A program made the position numbers and the translations under genes. 20,033 bases of DNA from Nitrosopumilales archaeon. GTDB lineage: Archaea; Thermoproteota; Nitrososphaeria; Nitrososphaerales; Nitrososphaeraceae. The stretch spans positions 1 through 20,033 of the forward strand of contig JBIQJB010000022.1 in assembly GCA_044507735.1 (NCBI GenBank), written 5' to 3'. The notes under the pieces were generated by a model, which saw only the letters and a program-made list of their open reading frames with translations, was not told the DNA's origin and did not search any database. Each line of letters starts with the position of its first letter. Position 1 is the stretch's first letter. Positions 8,643 through 17,054 of the stretch are shown here, piece after piece.

Positions 8643-9092
8643 TCAAGAAAAATCGTCCACTTCCAATGTTTCAAAGTCTATCCAGATATTGCCGCCTGTA
8701 AATACAAAGACCTGAAAATGCAGGTGAGGAGCGTAGGTAAAACCGGTAGTTCCCACCGAGGCTATGACCTGGCCCGTCTTTACGTGTTGGCCCGGCATCA
8801 CTCTGGCGCTCTTGTGTGCTAGATGGTCGTACCGCGTATACTCGCCCCTATCATGTTGGATTACTATAAAGTTGCTGCCATGCCAGTATTCTATGCTTGG
8901 GCCACCAGTATACGAGTCGTCTCTCACAAACGTGACAACACCCTCCGCTGCAGCGAGCACGGGTGTCCCGACATCGACTACAAGATCTATGGCGTTTTTC
9001 AACTTTCCAATGTGGACCGGTGATGTAGTCCTGTCTATTTTCGGTTGAGCCTCTTTCGGAACAGGCATGATGTATTGATTGACCGCTTTCAT
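8643..9092 (-). CDS. M23 family metallopeptidase (stand-alone catalytic domain)
   Basis: AID..VGTPVLAAAEG, TRYDHL, GQVIASVGTTG and PHLHF motifs. Confidence 0.92.
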   Translation of the reverse strand: MKAVNQYIMPVPKEAQPKIDRTTSPVHIGKLKNAIDLVVDVGTPVLAAAEGVVTFVRDDSYTGGPSIEYWHGSNFIVIQHDRGEYTRYDHLAHKSARVMPGQHVKTGQVIASVGTTGFTYAPHLHFQVFVFTGGNIWIDFETLEVDDFS

Positions 9093-10065
9093 ATCGTTTC
9101 TTGTTATGACAGACTGATAAAGGCGTACTATGGAAAATTTCGGACACAGACATTATACAAAAGACTGGAAATAATTGACTTGCATTCTTTCCCTGCAAGA
9201 ATAATGAGTAGATGCTAGGGCGCTATCTTTTATGCAATAGTGGCCCTGCCCACAGAAATTGAGGAACTGGTAGGTACTGACAGTCCTGTGGGCAGGACGG
9301 ACTGTGAAGCACACGCCAACAAAAGGCAGTGAAGTTCATGCAGAAATAATATTAAAGCATGGTTTAACATGGTTAAGCCAAAGGTGCGCGCTAGGCTGTA
9401 GCACTTGCAGTCGTCATTTTATACCAAACTATTCTGCTAGTCGACTTGCAAAAGGGATGGAGGAGCCCTAGCACTCATCACTCATCTAGAGCTCTTTGGG
9501 CTTCCCTGTTATTTCGCATCATTACAAGGATTTGCTATAGGTTGGCACTTCCAGTATTCTCAGTTCTTTCTCTTGCTTCCCCTGCACGTTCCTCGGTATG
9601 AGCCTTGATATTATGCTCCCTGAGTTCCTCTCGGGTACCAAAAGACTGACCGCACGATTCACATCCGAATTGTGTTTGCGACATGGTTTGTGACGTGGAT
9701 TCAATAGAATTTACCGATTTGGGGATAGTGTTAGCCTGTCAATGTTCTACAAAATGTTACAACTCTTGCATCCTGCTTTCAGCTCTTACTTATCAAGTAT
9801 TCGTCTCAATCTCCTTAAGTTAACCTCTTTGATTGCATGGCCGCCGCAGTGAGTACAGAAGCCACGGGCATCATTGCGATATGTCTCTGGGTCCTAGACG
9901 CGGCAAGTTGTTATCTGCACCAGGTATGACAGAGCTCGCGCATTGTCAAAGGCCCTTTTGCATTAGGATGGACGATACCTGCAATACGGTATAATTCATA
10001 GTAAATGCTTTAGTAATTTTTCAACCCATCCTGTTAAATGAGAAGCTGCGCAATCTTTTTGCACA

Positions 10066-10335
10066 ATGAGCCAAGATGAAAGTGGGATTCAGCAAAGTAG
10101 CATGCAATGGGCTGAGATAATCGGCCATCTCTTCGACAGACTGACAGGAAAGGGCGCTTCCGTTACCTACACGTTTGACAACCTGGTCATTGATATGCCA
10201 AAGGCACAAGGCCCAGGTGGGCGGGAAATGGGCAGCGCAAAGTGGACCGTCAACGGCAAGGTAATCATTACAGCCGAAGCGCACAAGACTGCCGAGGATA
10301 TTGAACAGCGGACATCTGTGTCGACCGCAGCATGA
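10066..10335 (+). CDS. Hypothetical beta-rich protein
   Basis: 89-aa ORF, TATA-like TGTTAAAT about 30 nt upstream, ATGA overlap with the next gene. Confidence 0.8.
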   Translation: MSQDESGIQQSSMQWAEIIGHLFDRLTGKGASVTYTFDNLVIDMPKAQGPGGREMGSAKWTVNGKVIITAEAHKTAEDIEQRTSVSTAA

Positions 10336-10763
10336 GAACAATGACAACAGGCAAACATCACCTCCACATAGACCAGGACGATCACATGATAGACTGGTTA
10401 AGCAAGACGATGCGCTCCGCAACGAATGGCAGGCTTGAAATTGACTTTGAAAGCCAACCGGCTGCAAGAATCGACATAGAAGGCGGGGGCAGGATCAATA
10501 TCGATCTGTTAGAGCCCGATGTCTTCAAGATTTCTGAAGATGATACTGGTATATTCGACAAGCTGAAAACGGCATCAGAATTTGCACGCAAGTTGTCAGA
10601 GAACGGAATCACAATATCGTTCTTGCGGAAAGGAAAGGAAGTCGTCCGGCTTGGAAAAGATGCACATCCGACCTTCTCGAAAATCATCACAAGGAGCGAT
10701 GACATACAACTGTCAAGCGTAGGGGAATTTTCCAAATTAAAGGGCGATCTGAAGACAGACTAA
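10332..10763 (+). CDS. Hypothetical protein
   Basis: 143-aa ORF coupled to the previous gene; protein-like composition. Confidence 0.8.
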   Translation: MRTMTTGKHHLHIDQDDHMIDWLSKTMRSATNGRLEIDFESQPAARIDIEGGGRINIDLLEPDVFKISEDDTGIFDKLKTASEFARKLSENGITISFLRKGKEVVRLGKDAHPTFSKIITRSDDIQLSSVGEFSKLKGDLKTD

Positions 10764-10790
10764 TGGGCAGTATGTCGTAGTGCGTCAGCC

Positions 10791-11024
10791 CTACTCGTAC
10801 TTGTAGTTGCGCTCTACCTCTTCTCCTGTTTCGCTAAGGTAGACGACTCCCTTCTCTATGTTTGTGATAGACGACTTTGGTATCAGAAACTTGTCGGGAG
10901 TTATGGGACCATAGGTTACAACGAGCTTTTCAGGCTGGATTTGCGAAACAACTCCTACATCTCTTCCGTCGCTTGCAAAAACGGGCTTGTTGACGAGCGA
11001 TTGCCAGTCCTCTACTACTACCAT
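10791..11024 (-). CDS. PRC-barrel-like domain protein
   Basis: LVNKPVFASDGRDVGVV ... FLIPKSSI pattern. Confidence 0.8.
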   Translation of the reverse strand: MVVVEDWQSLVNKPVFASDGRDVGVVSQIQPEKLVVTYGPITPDKFLIPKSSITNIEKGVVYLSETGEEVERNYKYE

Positions 11025-11041
11025 GATCTGGTAGGAGGATC

Positions 11042-11061
11042 ATGAAATTTAATAATTTCAT
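11042..11061. promoter_or_regulatory. Palindrome overlapping the TATA region of the PRC-barrel gene
   Basis: ATGAAATT-taat-AATTTCAT, perfect 8-bp arms. AT-rich, so a chance match is possible. Confidence 0.45.
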
Positions 11062-11311
11062 TATGCAGGGATGGTTTGCTTCTGTCCTGTTGTCTTGCAG
11101 AAATAGGAACAGTGGCTCAATTCTGAATAAGATGATTTTTTCCTTGTAGGAACGGCGTGATTTCCGTGTCCACGGGAGCAGGCACGGGCCTCACACCTGT
11201 GTCCCACGAGGTCTTTCCACGCGTTGCCAGCAACATTTCGCAGGTCTTACCCTGCTCAATGCATTTTTTCACACGCGGATGTCTCTCCAATTGAACAACA
11301 TGATATTTCAG

Positions 11312-11390
11312 TGCCGCCGAAGATGATTCGAACCTCAGATTCTACGCCTCAGATCTTTTTGTCGGGGCTCCTTCTGAGCCCTACCTGCGC
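11312..11390 (-). pseudogene. Degenerate tRNA-like sequence (resembles archaeal tRNA-Phe)
   Basis: Minus strand shows, in tRNA order: a D-arm-like GCTC-AGAAG-GAGC, an anticodon-loop remnant AAGATCTG, a T-loop GGTTCGAATC and a 3' end CGGCGGCA. Acceptor, anticodon and T stems are disrupted. Confidence 0.55.
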
Positions 11391-11557
11391 GTTCGCGCAC
11401 CGATCTGTTGCTTACCCCAAAGCCGTGTAGCACTCTCTACCTGCTCGACCTTAAATGAGATCCAGAACGCGTCTGTGATTTTGCCGTCTACTCCAAAACA
11501 CACAGGACCGAATAATTGGAAGGCGCATGACAAAAACGGCATAGAGTGCGAAGGTTG

Positions 11558-12016
11558 CTACTTTACTATCATGACAGAGCAGCTGGCATGTGTGGTCAAA
11601 CCCGATGCAACGCTACCAAGGATCATCTTCTTGAAGCCTGATCTGCCCCTTGTTCCAGTTACTATGAGGTCTATCTTGTTCTCCTCTGCAAAGTGCACTA
11701 TTGCCGGCACAACTGAACTCGCGCTTTCAATTATCTCTGACATGAAATTCACACCCTGAGCAGCGGCCCTGTTCTCGGTCTCGTCAAGCCATTTTCTTGC
11801 TTCCCTTCTTGCTGACTCTGCTACCTCTGTCATTGTGCTTGGAGATGCGCCGAAGCCAAATGGTCCTGGCGAATATGCATGTCCTAGCGGTGACGCAACC
11901 ACGCTGAGCGCAGTCAGCTGGGCATCGTGTTTTTTGGCCATCTCGATTGCATAGTCCGCGGCTTTCATTGAAGCTTCTGAGCCATCGATACAGACCAGTA
12001 TCTTTGCAATTGCCAT
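11558..12016 (-). CDS. Universal stress protein (UspA family)
   Basis: KILVCIDGS ... DLIVTGTRGRSG...LGSVA motifs. Confidence 0.95.
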   Translation of the reverse strand: MAIAKILVCIDGSEASMKAADYAIEMAKKHDAQLTALSVVASPLGHAYSPGPFGFGASPSTMTEVAESARREARKWLDETENRAAAQGVNFMSEIIESASSVVPAIVHFAEENKIDLIVTGTRGRSGFKKMILGSVASGLTTHASCSVMIVK

Positions 12017-12099
12017 TGGGGTGGCTTATCTCCTGAGTGATATAAGGATTGAAAGAAAGTATCGTTAACCTTTAATGAAATGGAGACCATACTTTGTTG

Positions 12100-12255
12100 A
12101 TGTGGGGCTTTGGCATCTACTTGATGAGACTTGCCGACCATCTTTACGGCAGGCGCACTCGAAAAAAGTGCGACGTCTGTGGCAAGAAGTTTGATAATAT
12201 TGATGAAATGGAGGTTCACCGGCGTGATCTGCATCCTGACGCAGTCACAACCTAG
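12100..12255 (+). CDS. C2H2 zinc-finger microprotein, 51 aa (43 aa if it starts at ATG 12124)
   Basis: Hand-translated MWGFGIYLMRLADHLYGRRTRKKCDVCGKKFDNIDEMEVHRRDLHPDAVTT*. Motif C-x2-C-x3-F-x8-H-x4-H. TTTAAT at 12071. Confidence 0.82.
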   Translation: MWGFGIYLMRLADHLYGRRTRKKCDVCGKKFDNIDEMEVHRRDLHPDAVTT

Positions 12256-12350
12256 CAGAGACAGGAAACCCTGGAAACTGCGAGAATTAAAGCCTATTCT
12301 CAAGCCTGTTTGACGGTGCCCTATTCGCGTCGCATCTGCCACTCGCTGGT

Positions 12351-12992
12351 CTAGTGGTGCTTTTCATGCGTGAATATGGTCAGAAGAGCTGCATTTTTGG
12401 CTGCCAGCTCGGCCGTCTTTTTCCTCTCTGCGCTCCCTATTATTATCACGTCACCTTCTTCCGGTCTCAAGTTTCCTGACAGCATCTTGCGTACTGCGGG
12501 TTCCTTCTTGAGAGAATCTTGAGAGCTCGCCGGCATGGTGAATCTGCCGTCCTTGAATATGAGGGTTGTTGCGCCAGTGGCACCCATCTTTATGGCTGCA
12601 TCGCGCTGCTCTATGCCCGACTTGACGGCAAAGCCAAACTGCTTCACAAGAACGGCATGGTTGAACGCTCCAAGAGCTATAGAGCATTTTGGCAGCGGCA
12701 TCTCTGCAGGCATTGCTTCCAATATCCCCTTGCAGATCCCCTCGCCCCTGGTAGTCATTTTCGTCCCGCCGTTTGATGTCCGCACCAGGCCGTTCATCTT
12801 CAGGTGCTTTACCAGGGTCTTGACGGCCCCTTCACCTAGTCCAAGACCGTCGCACAGCGCCTGCCTGCTGGTCCTGCCGCTCTTTTCTATGAGCTGGAGG
12901 GCAACAAACACATGCACGACATCAAAGGAAAGTACCCTGCTTGGGGCATACCTGCTGGCAACCCTTTCAAGCACCTTGATGTATGTGTGCAT
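12351..12992 (-). CDS. Archaeal wHTH transcriptional regulator with C-terminal DUF4443-like domain
   Basis: N-terminal wHTH (SRQALCDGLGLGEGAVKTLVKHLK) followed by GIEQRDAAIKMGATGATTL. Confidence 0.8.
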   Translation of the reverse strand: MHTYIKVLERVASRYAPSRVLSFDVVHVFVALQLIEKSGRTSRQALCDGLGLGEGAVKTLVKHLKMNGLVRTSNGGTKMTTRGEGICKGILEAMPAEMPLPKCSIALGAFNHAVLVKQFGFAVKSGIEQRDAAIKMGATGATTLIFKDGRFTMPASSQDSLKKEPAVRKMLSGNLRPEEGDVIIIGSAERKKTAELAAKNAALLTIFTHEKHH

Positions 12993-13089
12993 TTGCCACC
13001 TGAAGCATGGTGCGAAGATTTATTCATTCTGCGCCAGTTGGATAAACCATCCGATTCTTTATATAACACCCGCCTGCATCTGAAATGGA

Positions 13090-13320
13090 ATGTCTGAGGT
13101 TCATAATCAGATTACGAGAACATCTCCAGGCGTACCCAAGGTGGCAGTCGGCATTCTTCTTGGGGTGCTAGCGTTTGGAATCTTTATGGTAGGGTTTGAC
13201 CAGGGCGAAGTCTTTGGCTTCACCGTGCCGGCGGACGGCAGCGGAGGCGAGCCGGGAACGAACTGGGCGCATGAATTCTACCATGACATGAGGCATGCCG
13301 CAGGATTTCCGTGCCACTAA
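13090..13320 (+). CDS. cbtB: Cobalt transporter subunit CbtB
   Basis: One TM helix and the C-terminal HEFYHDMRHAAGFPCH signature. Confidence 0.92.
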   Translation: MSEVHNQITRTSPGVPKVAVGILLGVLAFGIFMVGFDQGEVFGFTVPADGSGGEPGTNWAHEFYHDMRHAAGFPCH

Positions 13321-13336
13321 CTTTTTCTGATCTTTC

Positions 13337-14065
13337 ATGAAGACCGCCGCTTTTATTGCTATCACCCTCATTTCAGGCGCCATTGCCGGCACAATCCTCG
13401 GCGCCGTCAATCAGGTCGTGGTGGAGCCGTACATCGAGCGGGCGATACAGCTTGAGATGGACGGTGCCGTGCAAAGCGGCGAAATCATAAACCCGATCGA
13501 GTTTGCCGCCTACAGATTCTGGCAGAGAGGTGGAGAAATCGTTGCCGGCACAATCCTCGGGCTTTCTTTGGGATCGTTGTTTGGCATCGTCTTTGCATAC
13601 GGCAGGGGTTTGGCGCCCGGCTCTACTAACTTGAAGAAGGCTCTCTTTATCGCCGGCATCATGTGGCTTGCCCTGTTCTTGATACCTGCTCTAAAGTATC
13701 CTGCAAATCCTCCCGCAGTGGGCGACCCTGAGACGATATATCAGAGGCAGGGATTGTATCTTGCGTTCCTTGCTATATCCGGCTTGAGCGCGCTTGGTCT
13801 TGCGCTAATTTACAACAGGGCGAATATCGCCGCTCCTGCAAAGAGGGTTGTAATACCTGCAATCTATGTCGCAATAGTGGCCGGTGCCTATTTTGCAATG
13901 CCTGCAAACCCTGACGAGATCAGCGCGCCGATGGACCTTGTCGTCAGCTTTAGAATTGTCAGCGCGCTCACCATTACAATGTTCTGGGCGCTGCTTGGAA
14001 TCATATTTGGAGCATTCTGGGACAAGCTGAAACCACACGAAACCGCAAGAATAAGCATGCGCTAG
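13337..14065 (+). CDS. cbtA: Cobalt transporter subunit CbtA
   Basis: Multi-TM protein with EPYIERAI..E and PALKYPANPPAVGDP..I..RQ motifs, directly downstream of cbtB. Confidence 0.92.
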   Translation: MKTAAFIAITLISGAIAGTILGAVNQVVVEPYIERAIQLEMDGAVQSGEIINPIEFAAYRFWQRGGEIVAGTILGLSLGSLFGIVFAYGRGLAPGSTNLKKALFIAGIMWLALFLIPALKYPANPPAVGDPETIYQRQGLYLAFLAISGLSALGLALIYNRANIAAPAKRVVIPAIYVAIVAGAYFAMPANPDEISAPMDLVVSFRIVSALTITMFWALLGIIFGAFWDKLKPHETARISMR

Positions 14066-14340
14066 GTGCGCATGTGTGGCACAGTTTTTCCGTGCCAAAG
14101 ACTACAACAATTCAAGACTCGCTTGAGTATCTTTCGCACTCATGCGTAGACAAAACGAGCTGTCAAAGCCGGGCACAGCCTTCTCCATCAGGCCATGCGA
14201 TTGGAGGATTCCTTAAAGGAAAAGCATGCATGTGGGCCGTTCCCAAGCTGGACCGAGTGGTGGATCGTCCTTCAATTGCAGCCCAAACCTTGGTGACTCG
14301 AGAGTGTCACGCAATGGGTTTTGCACTGGGCATTCGCATA

Positions 14341-14369
14341 CCATCTTGAGGTTCTTCTCCTCAAGATGG
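14341..14369. other. Perfect 11-bp hairpin between convergent genes
   Basis: CCATCTTGAGG-ttcttct-CCTCAAGATGG. Confidence 0.6.
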
Positions 14370-14483
14370 AGCATGGTCTGTTATCTGACAGCCTGTCAGC
14401 AAGAATGCGTTAAAGTCGGTTATGGACCAAAGCAGTTATTATTATCTGCCAGAATCAAGGTCGGGCAAAAATCAAAATCAGCT

Positions 14484-14510
14484 GGAAAAAAGGAAGAAAA
14501 GGAAAAAAGG
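14484..14510 (-). terminator. U-rich archaeal-type terminator tract
   Basis: CCTTTTTTCCTTTTCTTCCTTTTTTCC immediately after the stop codon of the 847-aa gene. Confidence 0.65.
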
Positions 14511-17054
14511 TTAGAAGAACGAAAGTCCTCCTTCCCTTCTTCTGTTGTAGTACGTCCCTGCCAAGATCGTCGCAGCTACCGTTGCTATGACTATCCCTGC
14601 AGTCAACGGGAACTCTGGTGTGACCACTGCCCTTGCTGTTTCAAGGTCTGTCTTTATCTGGTCTACGTGGGCCCTGATCTCGTCAACTGGCCGCCTGTCG
14701 TCTATCATCTTGACCAGCTGCTCGCGTATTGCGATCTCGATCTTTTCCATCAGTTCTGGGTTTTCTTCTGCAATGTCCGGCTCTATGAATTCATAGTTGT
14801 TCAGGTACGCTTCGTTTCTTGTCAGACTTCTTGCCTGCTCATAATTGCCTGCTTCATATTCTGCGACTACTTGGTCCAGCAAGGCCTTGATCGTGTCTAT
14901 GTAGTACCACCCGTCCTTTTGCTGAACCGATCCGCCTATTGCGCCCATGATCTCTTCAAGCTCGTGCTGTGCGTGCGCAACAGTGTCTGCAACCTTTGAC
15001 GGGTCTTCAAAGGCTTCTACCATAGTCTTGAGGCTCGCCAGATCTTCTCCAACTTCATTGGTTTCCGCCTCCTTAATTGCTGCAAGTTCTGCCTTGTTCT
15101 GGTTGAAGGTGTCTGTGGCTTGCGAGAGGAAAAGGATGGTCTCGTCATACTCTTCCTGATCAATGATCTGGCCGTTGCTGACCGCCGCCGAGTACTCGAT
15201 TGTAACTAGTTGCAGCAGATCGATCATCCTTGATATGGCCGCCCCTACGCCCGTCGTCTCTTTGCCTTCATATGCAAGAAGCAGCGCATTGATCTCCTCA
15301 GCCTCTGCCTTCATTCCCTCAAGGTCGCCGTTCACAATGTCCTCAAAGAACTCCTCAAGCTCGTGGAACAGGGTCTGTTCCTGCTCCGCGCCCAGCTTCT
15401 TTCTGACGTCAGGCTGGATTGTAAGGTAGTAGGAAATACCTTCTGTCGCAAACTTTTGTGCACTGACATTGTCAGGCGGCTGCTTGCTCTGGGCTTCCAG
15501 CGCTTCCACAATCTCTTCCTTTACCTTCAGCAGGAATGTGGCACGAAGGTCGTCCAGGATCTTTGGTGACAGTTCGTTTATCCTGGAGTGGTTCGCTTCA
15601 AGTTCCGCCATCGCCTGGGAAGCTACGCTTGGCTTCTCTGCATAGTTGAATTTCTTGCTCATTACGGTGAACCATTCAGATGCCTCGTCAACCTTTCCTT
15701 CGAGGAGTTCTTCTTCGATCTTTACAAAGGCAATCTTGTAGATGAGCTTGTCAACTTTCTGCTTGTTCAGTGTTACATCCAGCACGTTGCCAGACTGGAC
15801 ACCTGACTTGATGCTGTCAAATGCTGATGTGATGATCTGTGCTGTCTCTGGAGTGTGCTCCTCAGCTTCGTGGCCGAAGACCTGGTCATACTTGGCCCTC
15901 GCTTCCTCGAGCTTTGCAAGAGCAGTTTGAGTGGCGGTTGCGTTCTTGCCGGTCAGCTTTTCGACTTCTCCAAGCAAGCTGTTGATCGCAAACCATGCAT
16001 CTCCTCTGTTCTCTGCCTGAGCGCTCGTCACAAAGGCTCTTGCCTTCTCCAGGTCTGCCTTTATGCCGTCAACATGTGCCTGCAGTTGTGACAGAGGGGC
16101 CTTTGCATCGATCATGCCCACCAGTTCCTCTCTGATGTCGACCTCGATCTTTTCCATCAGATCCCGATCTTCTTCTGCAATGTCAGACTCGATGAATTCA
16201 TAGTTATCCAGGTATGCTTCTATGACAAGCGCCCTGGCTTGCTGGGTGTTGTTGGCCTGGTATGCGGCTAGTGCTTGATCCAATAGCTCGATAATCCTGT
16301 CAATGTAAGCCTGGCCATCGTATGTCGATTCAGAATGTTCGATTCCAAATACTTCTTCAAATTCATGGGTTATTCCGCCGATGACAGTCGCTACCTCGTT
16401 GAAACTTGCGTTTGATCCGGTAAGTGAATCAAGCTGTTCAAAGAGTTCTGCAACCTCCTCAGCCTCTTCAGCCGGCATTCCTGACTTTATGGCGGAATTG
16501 AAGAGTGCATCTGCCCTTGCAATGAACGCAGTAGCATCCTGGTATTCTATCATTTCAACTATAGCTCCGTTCTCTATAGCCTCCTCGTATTCGTGCGTGG
16601 CGGTTTCAAGCACTACTATCGCCACGTGCGCATTGAATTTCGGATCGTTTCTTTCAGTCTGGCTTAAGACAGATGTCCTTGCACCGTCAAGCAATGAGTT
16701 GATGTGTGCAACTGCTGTCTGGGCCTGACCTGCAGACATGCTGTTTATCTTATTCGCAAGGTCTACGAGGGCCGCTTCGAGTTCGTTGTCCAGAGCTGCG
16801 TTGTGCTCGGTTAACTCGGCCTCTATCAGGGAATATACTTCATGAACTGGGTGACCTGCATGTGCAATAGCAAGCTCTGAATTGCCTGCCTGCTTGTTGG
16901 CAATCGCCTGTGCAAGATGACCTCTGATGTATTCTAGGTTGGCAGCAAATTCCACGTGTTCGTCGCTTTCCTGGGAAAATGCTGCTCTTGTAGTCAACAA
17001 AGAGGTCATCAGTACCGTAGCTATGAGAATTGAAGCTAGGCTGAGTGTCCTCAT
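14511..17054 (-). CDS. Cell-surface protein with duplicated FTR1/PbrT-like extracellular iron-binding domains and a PEF(G)-CTERM-type anchor
   Basis: N-terminal signal peptide; very Glu/His-rich helical body; repeated motifs EY..A..NG.I....EY and AYL.NYEFIE; C-terminal PEFP + TM helix + RRR. Confidence 0.85.
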   Translation of the reverse strand: MRTLSLASILIATVLMTSLLTTRAAFSQESDEHVEFAANLEYIRGHLAQAIANKQAGNSELAIAHAGHPVHEVYSLIEAELTEHNAALDNELEAALVDLANKINSMSAGQAQTAVAHINSLLDGARTSVLSQTERNDPKFNAHVAIVVLETATHEYEEAIENGAIVEMIEYQDATAFIARADALFNSAIKSGMPAEEAEEVAELFEQLDSLTGSNASFNEVATVIGGITHEFEEVFGIEHSESTYDGQAYIDRIIELLDQALAAYQANNTQQARALVIEAYLDNYEFIESDIAEEDRDLMEKIEVDIREELVGMIDAKAPLSQLQAHVDGIKADLEKARAFVTSAQAENRGDAWFAINSLLGEVEKLTGKNATATQTALAKLEEARAKYDQVFGHEAEEHTPETAQIITSAFDSIKSGVQSGNVLDVTLNKQKVDKLIYKIAFVKIEEELLEGKVDEASEWFTVMSKKFNYAEKPSVASQAMAELEANHSRINELSPKILDDLRATFLLKVKEEIVEALEAQSKQPPDNVSAQKFATEGISYYLTIQPDVRKKLGAEQEQTLFHELEEFFEDIVNGDLEGMKAEAEEINALLLAYEGKETTGVGAAISRMIDLLQLVTIEYSAAVSNGQIIDQEEYDETILFLSQATDTFNQNKAELAAIKEAETNEVGEDLASLKTMVEAFEDPSKVADTVAHAQHELEEIMGAIGGSVQQKDGWYYIDTIKALLDQVVAEYEAGNYEQARSLTRNEAYLNNYEFIEPDIAEENPELMEKIEIAIREQLVKMIDDRRPVDEIRAHVDQIKTDLETARAVVTPEFPLTAGIVIATVAATILAGTYYNRRREGGLSFF

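Noticed and set aside
9522-9704. ORF with 'HNSDVNRAVSLL', faintly like the TnpB C-terminal DxNAA motif
   Set aside because: No intact zinc ribbon or RuvC context and no IS ends; the similarity is too short to support.
9786-9950. Minus-strand fragment containing FCTHCGGH (possible Zn-ribbon pseudogene)
   Set aside because: In-frame TAG, no start codon and no second ligand pair; cannot be supported without homology search.
11236-11262. Hammerhead-like GA-stem-GAAA on the minus strand
   Set aside because: The required CUGANGA core is absent.
14226-14999. 257-aa Cys-rich plus-strand ORF, and the other long antisense or overlapping ORFs in the track
   Set aside because: They overlap well-supported genes on the opposite strand or frame and have non-protein-like composition.
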